Shown here in pieces: positions 54,497 to 64,000 of a DNA stretch of 64,000 nt. This DNA comes from Octopus vulgaris. Its lineage: Eukaryota. The notes under the pieces are model-generated. The model saw only the letters and a list, made by a program, of their open reading frames with translations. It searched no databases and was not told the origin of the DNA. Made by a program: the position numbers and the translations under genes. The stretch spans positions 20,770,001 to 20,834,000 of the forward strand of contig OX597819.1 of the NCBI GenBank assembly GCA_951406725.2. The letters run 5' to 3'. Position 1 is the stretch's first letter, and the number at the start of each line of letters is the position of its first letter.

Positions 54497-55090
54497 TAAT
54501 AATGCGGTTTTTTCAACAGCTTGAACTAAAAGTCAGAGGGGAATGGGATAAACTACTTATATTAACTTGCTATAAAAGCAGGTAGTAATTTTATCTTGTA
54601 CTTATTCATAGTGCAAGTTTTGAAGAGTGCATTTCGATTTTAACAGCTATTTTTTTCATAGCTATGTTGGAAGTAACAAAGGAGCATATTTGGCATATTT
54701 TGCTTTATGAGTTCAATAAAGACAACAACGCAACGGAAAGTACAAGAAATATTAATGCAGTATATGGGGATTGGACAATAAGCGTAAGGCAGTGTCAATG
54801 GTGGTTCCAGAAATTCCGAGCCATAAACTACAGCCTAGAAGACGAGACTCATCCTGAAAGATCTGTAGAACTCGACAAGGACATCCTGAAAACCCTGGTG
54901 GAACAAAATCTCATCGTAACTGTTGAGGAACTAGCAGAGAAGCTTGGATTTGGTCATTCAACCATTCATTGAGACCTGTGTGCTATCGGAAAAGTCAGCA
55001 AATTGGGTCAATGGGTTCCTCACGAACTTTCCGAGTCTAATTGCATGCAGAGAGTGACTGTATGCTTTTCTTTGCTGTCACATCTCACCA
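54497..55090 (+). mobile_element. mariner transposon 5' part, transposase N-terminal pseudogene
   Basis: ORF 54664-54972 (HILLYEFNK..WWFQKFR..SLED..ELAEKLG, HTH region) continues past a stop to GKVSKLGQWVPHEL. TIR remnant TAATGCGGTTTTT. Confidence 0.9.
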
Positions 55091-55107
55091 CTACTGCGCT
55101 ATGTATA

Positions 55108-55743
55108 TCTATATATATAAAACTGTAGTTGTGTGAGTGTCTGTCCCCTTCGATTTAGATTCCTAACTACTCCCACATTTTGCGGTGCAGTTTAACCAAA
55201 TTCGGGTAGCTTATAGTCGTGATTCATATCGAGCCCGTCTGAGTATTAGCGCGCGTCTAAGATGAGTCTACGATTTTAAAAATAATTTAACATTATTTTT
55301 TTATTCCATTTTAATGCATAATTTTTCGTGTGTCGATGGCGGCGGAGTTGGCGTCCACGCTCACACCTGCACCTGTGGGGAAGGGAGTGTAAGGGAATCA
55401 ACGTCGTAATGCGTTGTCAAGGAGACCAGCGTTCTTTTAGAACAACGACTTCATGGCTTGAAGACACCAAAACAGAAATGACTAAGAAAGCGTCTACATG
55501 AGTCTACGATTTAAAAAAAAAATTACCATCGTTTTTTTCCATTTTAATGCATTTTTTCGCTATTATATAAGGGAAGTAACTCTCTAAAAATGTCTACGAT
55601 GAGTCAACGATTTAAAAAAAATTTACCATCATATTTTTTCCATTTTTAATGCATTTTTTGCTATTTTTTGGCTACAACTCTCTAAAAATGCTTATATAGT
55701 TATTTCCCTTACAAACCCGAGCAACGCCGGGCGATACTGCTAG
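55108..55743 (+). mobile_element. complete non-autonomous Helitron with three internal ~65-bp repeats
   Basis: A|TCTATATATATAAA...CCCGAGCAACGCCGGG hairpin...CTAG|T. GAGTC(T/A)ACGATTTAAAAA...CCATTTTAATGCAT occurs near 55263, 55500 and 55601. Confidence 0.88.
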
Positions 55744-55754
55744 TATATACATAT

Positions 55755-56130
55755 TTGTCTTCCTTCTTGACTCTTCGTGGGTCACAGTGGCATTCAACAT
55801 CAACTACACACCATATGTTGTGTACATTTTCTCGACCTCCAATACCTCCGGTTTGTTATGCTCCATCACCTGATCTGTTTGGTCTGGGAAACCCAAGAGG
55901 ATTTCACACCTCTCTCATAACTACACTCTTTGTACTTTGTGCTCATAACATCTTGACTTTCTCTAGTCCTCACTGCTTTGCACAGCTTCCAGTGTAGCAC
56001 TTTCGCTACCTGATCGTGCCACCACAACTTGTATTGGTTTCGGGTAAGTTTAGTGTGTTTGGTGGGAATATGGGTAATGGTTTCCTCCTCTATAATTCAG
56101 GAGCGGCATTATTCATGAGATTGACCCTCC
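55755..56130 (-). mobile_element. R4/Dong-like LINE fragment (CCHC plus RLE start), old
   Basis: EEETITHI..NQYK..HDQVAKVLHWKLC..YEHK..QTDQVMEHNKPEV..VVDV. Confidence 0.75.
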
Positions 56131-56137
56131 AATAATG

Positions 56138-56177
<40 letters not shown>

Positions 56178-56329
56178 TAATAATAATAATAATTACTACT
56201 ACTACTACATAAGACCGCTCGCTTTTACCTCCTGTTCACACCGGCTTCCAGCACGTACTAACTCGCCACCTGTTAACTAGTAATCGTTATAGTTCGCCCA
56301 CACAGTAAAAAGCGCGCCAAAATCATACC

Positions 56330-56562
56330 TATTTCTTTATTACTCACAAGGGGCTAAACACAGAGGGGACAAACAAGGACAGACATAGGTATTAAGTCGA
56401 TTACATCGACCCCAGTGCGTAACTGGTACTTAATTAATCAACCCCGAAAGGATGAAAGGAAAAGTCGACCTCGGCGGAATTTGAACTCAGAACGTAACAG
56501 CAGAGGAAATACGGCTACGCAATTCGTCCGACGTGCTAACGTTTCTGCCAGCTCGCCGCCTT
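56330..56562 (-). mobile_element. SINE family B, full length, 9-bp TSD
   Basis: Homology to 17051-17278. AATCATACC at 56321-56329 and 56563-56571. Confidence 0.92.
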
Positions 56563-56684
56563 AATCATACCGCCTACGATTCAAACAATCACGAGATCAC
56601 AAAAATTATTTTTTCGTCTTCTCTTGCAAAATCAGAGATGTATTTCTAATTGGACGTCGTACGAACGAGAAATTTTCGTCTGTT

Positions 56685-57840
56685 TCATCATTATCATCAT
56701 CATCATCGCCTTTGCAAAGCTTCTAACGCTGGAGATGTACTACGGTACCAGCTGTTCCGGCAAACAATGGCTAACTGTATGAAAGGTAAAACGCCTGATT
56801 TTGGGTGGTCTGCTCTACAAGAATTTTGCTTACACGCAAGACTTGTTCGGTTACCTCTTAGCTAACGTTTCCTGCAACTGGCAACAGAATGGGAGAATTC
56901 CTAGTTTTGTGAGCCGAGGAACTTTTGAAAGTGTACAGAAATAAAAGTAGATCTAATAAAATTGTTTAGAGTTACGGGGATTTGAAACCGGCTCGGTTCA
57001 ATTTCTGTTAATTACAGTCGTCTAAATGTTTAGCAATAGACTTTTCTTGTTATTAGAAAATTTGGACCTGTCCATTTATGGGTCTTCTTTTAAATTATAT
57101 AAGATTTTTCATTACAGTAATAAGGTTTTCTTAAAAAAAATTTGATCTGTCTTGTCTTCTGTTTATCCTAATGAGGGGTTCATCGCGGTGATGCACGTTA
57201 GTGTACCTAAACTGCGGTTGTGAGCTTCAGAAATGGTCATAAATATATGTGAATGTTGATTTTGCCCGCTGTTATCTGTTTATTATGAACTTTTGGACGT
57301 ACTTGAGTGGAGGGAATAAAAGACATTTTTCAAGATGGATGTGAATTTGAAACGTGGATGTCTGTTTACTGATGAAATTTGGACGAACTTGTATGAGGTA
57401 AGAAAAATATTTTTTTCAAATATTTTGAAAAAAAATTTAATTAAAAAAATTTGATTAAAAAAGAATTGATAAAAAACATATTTTAATCATCTGATAAAAT
57501 ATTTTTAGTCGGTGGATATTTATTTTTATTTTTAACTTTTACTTATTTTATATTTGTCTATTAGGTATTTTGCTAGTTTTTGAATTTTTAGTCGTATTTA
57601 TATTTTTGATTGATCGTTCTATTTGTATTTTATTCGATTATATATTTTTACCTTCTGTGATTTCATGTGTATGTAATATTTTTTTATGTGTTAGTAGACC
57701 ATGGTGATTTTTATACATGATTAAATATTTGAGGGATGGTATTGTATGTAAAGTCGTTGACCGAAATTTAACGTTTGTTCTGTAACCAATGCATCTTGAT
57801 CTTCGTCTCATTTGCAGTCCTATAAAACCTTTTGTTTCTT
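56685..57840 (-). mobile_element. possible highly decayed LINE 3' region
   Basis: A-rich minus strand ending in a (GAT)n tail. Only faint protein similarity. Confidence 0.3.
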
Positions 57841-58039
57841 TTAGAAGAGACAAATATAATTTCTTGTTATATAGAATACATACATACCTACACCTATGTA
57901 TCTATGTGTGTTCGCATTGTTTGTCCCTACCATTGCTTGACCACTGTTATTGGTTTGTTGATGTCCCTGTAATTTGGAGGGTCTTGAAAGGACACCGATA
58001 AAGTATGTGCAAGGCTTTGCAAAAATAAATAAATATATA

Positions 58040-58204
58040 GGCGCAGGAGTGGCTGTGTGGTAAGTAGCTTGCTTACCAGCCACATGGTTACGGGTTCAGT
58101 CCCACTGCGTAGCATCTTGGGCAAGTGTCTTCTGCTATAGCCTCGGGCCGACCAATGCCTTGTGAGTGGATTTGGTAGACGGAAACTGAAAGAAGCATGT
58201 CATA

Positions 58205-58246
<42 letters not shown>

Positions 58247-58450
58247 CATGTGTGTCTGTGTCCCCGTAGCATTGCTTGACAACCGATGCTTGTGTGTTTA
58301 CGTCCCCGTAACTTAGCGGTTCGGCAAAAAGAGACCGATAGAATAAGTACTGGGCTTACAAAGAATAAGTCACGGGGTCGATTTGCTCGACTAAAGGCGG
58401 TGCTCCAGCATGGCCGCAGTCAAATGACTGAAACAAGTAAAAGAAAAAAA
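58040..58450 (+). mobile_element. SINE family A, young full copy nested in an older family A copy (57880-58560)
   Basis: Homology to 329-750. Eroded family A body lies upstream and eroded family A tail downstream. Confidence 0.9.
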
Positions 58451-58899
58451 ATAGAAAAAATATAAATATGTGCTGGGACCGATTTTTTCAGCTGATCCCT
58501 CACGGACGGTGTCCTAGCATAGCCACAGTCCAGTGATTGAAGCAAATAAATTATAAAAGACGAAAGACTTTTTATAAAGCATTTTTATTCCCTTATTTGT
58601 GTCAGTGTACGACACCAGAAACTTAATTACGTTGATTTGATCTCGAAACAATACAGGAAAGTCTTGAAGGTCCATACACCTGCTAGACAAACCAGCTAAA
58701 TCCCTTTCTAGTTATGGTGTAATGTTTCATAAAATGCAAGGAAGGACATGGAGATAATTCGATCTCATATGCGAAAAATTAGGCTGGTCGATTAACACTT
58801 ATTCAAATCGCTCGCCTTTAGATTTACACATAGCTTGATGTAATAACGTATATGGTCATTAACACAACAATTATACATCACTTAGAAAACAATTAAAAC

Positions 58900-59160
58900 G
58901 TTGATTGGGAAATTCGCTTTGCGCACACGTGGTATCCGGTTCTATCCCACTGCACGGATAATATGGCTGATCAATGCCATGTAAGGGAACTTGGTAGGCG
59001 AAAACTATGTAAACTTGTGGTATACACACGCCAGTGTGTGTGTGTGTGTATATGTGTGTGTTTGTGTGTGTTTCTCCCTCACTGTTTGACAAATGATATT
59101 TATTGCCTCCACGTAACAATGTGGCAAAAGAAACTAAGAGATTAAGTGCCGAACTTTTAA
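58900..59160 (+). mobile_element. SINE family A, highly decayed
   Basis: GGTTCTATCCCACTGC..CAATGCC.TGT..TTGGTAGGCGAAAACT..(TG)n. Confidence 0.6.
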
Positions 59161-59751
59161 AAAAGAACATGTAGCAGTACTGTTTCGCAACTACGGATCT
59201 AAGGAATGGAATCCGATGGCAAAAAATGTACACTTAATAACACGATCGTGATTCGCTAAAATATAACCCACATTTTTTTTTTTAAATCTGATCATTCAAG
59301 ACTTTGTGCGGAACTGAATCTAAAGCAATTTCATATTTGGCGCGCTTTTTCTGGCCCTAATCATCACTGTATATTCACCAGCAGGCAGGAGTCAGTAATA
59401 GTGAACCGGCATCAGACTAGAGCGACGTTACAGCACAAAAAGTATGTGTGTCAACGGCAGCAGCAAACCCCGATCAAAGCAAACTCACAACTACCATAGC
59501 CAGTCCAACAAGAAAACCCTTCGAATATCTCGGCGTTTGGCGTTGGTAGTAACAACTTTATTTAACATAAAAATAAATACTTTTTAGATGAAAAATCCCA
59601 AACCGATTTCTGCATTCTTTATCTTACCAATTATTTGTGTCGCTTCGTTCGACTTCAGTCTATTATTGCTGCTGTACAAATACACTGAGTTGTCTTGCAT
59701 TCCCTTAAACAAAAGTGAATGTGTATAGAAAGAATCGAGAACAGAATAATA

Positions 59752-60157
59752 GGATCTTTTCGGTTTGAACGGCAGATTTTTCTAGCGGTGTCATATGAAA
59801 TTGTCACCCATAATTATTACCCTAATATCGATCTATTGTTTTAGGGTTGGGGTTGGTTAGGGGTGGGGGGGATATCTTTTTTCCTTCACATATGTAAATA
59901 AACCCAATCTGTTTCTTATACGAGGGACATATTCATACGGCCCAGAATGTTTTTTACCTCAATAGACGTCAGTGATTGGTTGAAATTGTAGAAATTGAAG
60001 AAAAATAACAACAAATATCTTACAAGCTATAGAATTTTTTCAATAAAGCCAAGAGAAAAAGGTGTTTTATAAACACATTCTATCAGTATACGAAGTTTAA
60101 AATTTTTTAGTTACCTAGAAATTATGTTAAAAACTGCCGTTCAAACCGAAAAGATCC
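59752..60157. mobile_element. MITE with perfect 24-bp TIRs and 8-bp TSD (Merlin-like termini)
   Basis: GGATCTTTTCGGTTTGAACGGCAG ... CTGCCGTTCAAACCGAAAAGATCC. GAATAATA at 59744-59751 and 60158-60165. Confidence 0.92.
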
Positions 60158-60433
60158 GAATAATATAATAAAAAATACTTAGACGAATAACCAAAATGTC
60201 TCAAAATCGAATCACATCGTGTAGGTGTTAACTCTACAAATGTGATGGTTACGTTCGCTTACACTTAGATTTTTTCCTCACTAAATAATCTACAATACTC
60301 TCGGTTTCCTAGATATCCATTTCAAAATGCTCATTTCCACTCTATATATCTATTATTCATAGAAATATTCCTCTCATATAAATCTCAAATGCTTTTACCC
60401 TCTCTGTTTGAATTTTACTCTCACTATGCCCAC

Positions 60434-60470
<37 letters not shown>

Positions 60471-60727
60471 TACACACTTTCATCTCACAAACCCCACTGT
60501 CAACAGTTCCTTCTCAAACATATTTCCTCCTCTCATCCGTCATCGGCTTTCTAAGGTTTCCAAAAGAACAAACTCGCCCGAACGCATATAATCCGAGATA
60601 TGTATGTATGTATATACACACACTCGCACATATCACATTGTGTGTATTCTGTAATCTATACAAATGCAAACACAAAGTACAAATATCTGTAAATACAACA
60701 CTCACAGGACTGTATATAAATGCACGA

Positions 60728-60796
<69 letters not shown>

Positions 60797-62467
60797 CGAG
60801 AGTGAGAGAGAGATAAATGGATTGAGAGATAAATACCTGTATATATATATATATATTTATATATATACATACATAGACAATCACATACATTAAACATTCG
60901 TGTGTATATGTGAGTATTGCTGTGTTTGCAGCAAGGAAACAGTTTTTTTCTCTCTGTCCATGCAATGTATAGAGATAGATAAATGGAGAGATAGATAGAT
61001 AAATAGGTATGCATGTATAGAAGACAATTGTGTTCGTTTATGTCTGTATATACCTCTATATGCATAGGTGTTAGCGTGTGTTTGCGTATGTTTGTTGTAT
61101 ATATTTGTTTCTATACCAAACTCTCGAAACAGTTTGTTCATCATCTCGCTTTCCATTATCTCACCTAGCACACTTTCAATCCGTGTAACGTTTCTTCTCT
61201 TTATTCAAAAGTTGTATATTTAGCATCCCAAAAGTGCATGTTGCTATTTGTTCTGTGTTTTAGCAGGAAAGTTGCCAACTTAGCGGCATTTACTTTCCTA
61301 TCACACCCATTCTTCAACTTGTGTATTTTTAACAGGATTCTCTTTACATACACAACTTGCTAGTTTGCCAAACTCTTCGGATAAATCCAAAAATTATAAT
61401 CACATTTCACCCTATAAGTTCTAAATGCGATATTTTGATGTTTCGAATTTGTTATTTTTTTGTTTTTCATTGGTTTATTTTGCTTTGTTTTTGTTTTGTT
61501 TTTCGTTGTGTTTTTTTTTTATCATTTTGTTATTACCACTGTTGATTATGATGATGATGATGATTTTTTCTCGTTGTTATTATTCTGTTCTTTGTGTTGC
61601 AAAAACAAACGCGGCTGCAAATCTTGATATTATTGAACTCTTTGATGATTTTACAGTCATATGCCTAGAGAATGTTTCCTATCTCGCATTGCAATTACCT
61701 TCAATGATGTTCTTTCTCTTTTTAATATTGTTGTTATTGTTGTTGTTGTCTATACAAATGCTCTCCTGCTGCTGTTTCTGTTGTTGTATTCATTGTTTAT
61801 ATGTTTTCTTTTTGTCTAGAACTCTCTTAGGTGTTTTATCATAAAGATTTCCAAGTAATTATTTCGAGAAATAAATCTCTGCTATCAGTTCTATTATTTC
61901 TTTGTTTTAGATTTCTCTAATCAGTACCGGGGCCATTGTTTTGTCTACCCAATACACACATTTCTTACTATCTTTACTTTTCCTCTCCTTTCTTATTTCT
62001 TCTTTGTTAATTTTTTAATCTTTTACGCTGAGTTGTCTTGCATTCCATGTTTATATATGTTTTCCCATTGTCCACAAATCACAGATATGCTATTTTCTAC
62101 AACATTAAACATATCTGATTTAGACTGGATTACTTTTCCATATTTCTACATAAAATATATTACAGCGTTGGTATATGGCTGGTGCTGAATATAATATGAG
62201 CCAGTCTCCTGTTATATATAGAACAAACTGTATATAACAGGACGATATTCACCTGCAACATTGTTTCCAATCAGAGTCCGACCTATTAACGTCCCACAAT
62301 ATTTTGTAGAACACCGAAAAGATTTCAGATTTAAAATATTTTTGCTTGCTACACTGCTTAAATCTTAAGCACCAATTTGGTTTCTAACTTAAACTTAACT
62401 GAAATGTATTTTATTAACTGATTGCTGTAATCTCGGGATTATGATATAAATGATATTATTTGATATC

Positions 62468-62640
62468 GGCGCCGACATGGCTGCGTAGAAAAGAAGATCG
62501 CTTGCTAGGCCACCCAGTTTAGTTTTACTGCATCGCACATTTAACCACAATTCGGTTTTAATATATTTCCGGTTCCATCAATGCTGTGTGAAGGAGTTTG
62601 GTAGAAAAAAAAAACTGTGGGAGCCTTTCATGTGTATATA
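62468..62640 (+). mobile_element. SINE family A, highly decayed 5' part
   Basis: GGCGC..ATGGCTGCGT..GCTTGCT..CAATGC.GTGTGA.GGA.TTTGGTAGA. Confidence 0.5.
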
Positions 62641-62759
62641 TATATATATATACATATATACACACGCAGAAAAAGCAAGAAAAAACGTGAGAACGTGACA
62701 CATGTAAAGTATTAAAAAAACGCTGAGGGGAGGAAAGAAATGTGTGTGTGTATATACAC

Positions 62760-62816
<57 letters not shown>

Positions 62817-63239
62817 TATGTATAAGTATTTAACTCTGTCACTGACAATGACTTCGAAACTTTGGCCAGTTATGCCAACGTGCGACGAAGGCTTCACTTG
62901 AAAATCACAGTCCACAATATTCTTCCTTAAGAATAATAAATTTCTACTCTATCACTGAAGACAGTAACCCATCAGAGGTACGTAAAATGTTTTATTAAAA
63001 CTGAACCAAAAACAACCTAATATATGTATATTTGTGTGTGTGTGCGTGTGTGCATATGTGTTTGCGGTTGCCATTGTGCCTTTCCCGTAACACTTTTCAA
63101 CCGGAATTACTCTTTTTATATTTCTGTATCTTTGCACAAGTAACCGATAGAATAAATAGCATCAAACATCTGTGTGTCTGTGTTTCTTTGTTTTTGACGC
63201 TCTCGCTCACCACAAAACTTGGTGAAAGTCCAACAAGTT

Positions 63240-63856
63240 TTGGGGAGGAATTCTATTAAATCGATCGCAGTACCCAACTGGTACTTATTTTATCGCACCT
63301 GAAAAGACGAAAGACAAAGTTGACCTAAGCGGAATTTGAACTCAGAGCGTGTCGACAATTCCGCCAGATCGCCAGCTTTCATCAAGGCGAATATTCTTTT
63401 CAACTCTAGGTTCAAGAACCGCATTTTTTGAGGAGAGTGTCAGTCGATTAGATCGACCCTAGTACTCAACTGGTACTTAATTTATCGATCCCGGAAGGTT
63501 GCAAGGCAAAGTCAACCTCGGCGGAATTTGAACTAGCAACGTAAAGGTAGACTAAATACGGCTAAGCATTTCGCCCGGCGTGCTAACGTTTCTGCCAGCT
63601 CGCCACCTTTAAAATATTCTTTTCTATTCTAGGCACAAGGCCCGATTTTGTATTTAGTTATTTTTTTTTTTTTTTTGAGGTGTGGGGAGATAATTAGATC
63701 GCCCCTTGTACAGAAGTGGTACTTAATTTATCGACCCCGAAACGATGAATGGCAAAGTCGACTTCGGGGGAATTTGAACTCAGAAAATAGCGGTAGACAA
63801 AATACGGCTAAGTATTTCGCCCGGCGTGCAAACGTTTCTACCAGCTTGCGCCTTTC
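63240..63856 (-). mobile_element. three tandem SINE family B copies, two with an alternative 3' tail
   Basis: The core CTGGTACTTAATTTATCGA..GGCAAAGTC.AC.TCGG.GGAATTTGAACT recurs at about 63280, 63470 and 63717. Confidence 0.85.
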
Positions 63857-64000
63857 ATCAATGCTAATATTGTTGGGTTTAAAGGGATAAATACATATCC
63901 TGGAAAAAAAAAAAATTGAAAGTACAAAATCAGAGTAGTGTGATCGATCAAAAAACATCGATTTTGTATGGATGATATTCACGATGAATTATGCAATTTG

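Noticed and set aside
55255-55660. Repeated units with intervening sequence, and the three repeats at 63240-63856, as CRISPR-like arrays
   Set aside because: Long degenerate units with irregular spacing, explained by a Helitron and SINEs in a eukaryotic context with no cas genes.
59841-59871. Telomere-like TTAGGG patch
   Set aside because: Only two degenerate units, inside a MITE.

Overview
This is AT-rich animal genomic DNA saturated with (TA)n, (CA)n, (GA)n, (GATA)n, (TAA)n and (TAG)n microsatellites. The repeat families look like those of an octopod cephalopod (Octopus); this is recognition from memory, not a search result. I found no confidently identifiable intact host gene, and almost all listed ORFs are microsatellite or repeat artefacts. 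The window is a transposable-element graveyard. It holds three tRNA-derived SINE families (about 20 copies or fragments), LINE fragments (RTE, CR1-like, R4/Dong with RLE, L1/Tx1), mariner and maT/DD37D-like transposase remnants, non-autonomous Helitrons, two MITEs (one with an 8-bp TSD), a decayed 7SL RNA copy, and Penelope-type LTR remnants with hammerhead-ribozyme motifs. The most interesting signal is an apparent partitioning of retroelements among microsatellites. A Tx1-like LINE sits in (GATA)n and shares its 3' end with SINE family B. R4/Dong elements and a non-coding repeat sit in (TAA)n. Hammerhead-bearing modules sit in (TA)n. All protein-family calls come from manual translation and motif recognition.
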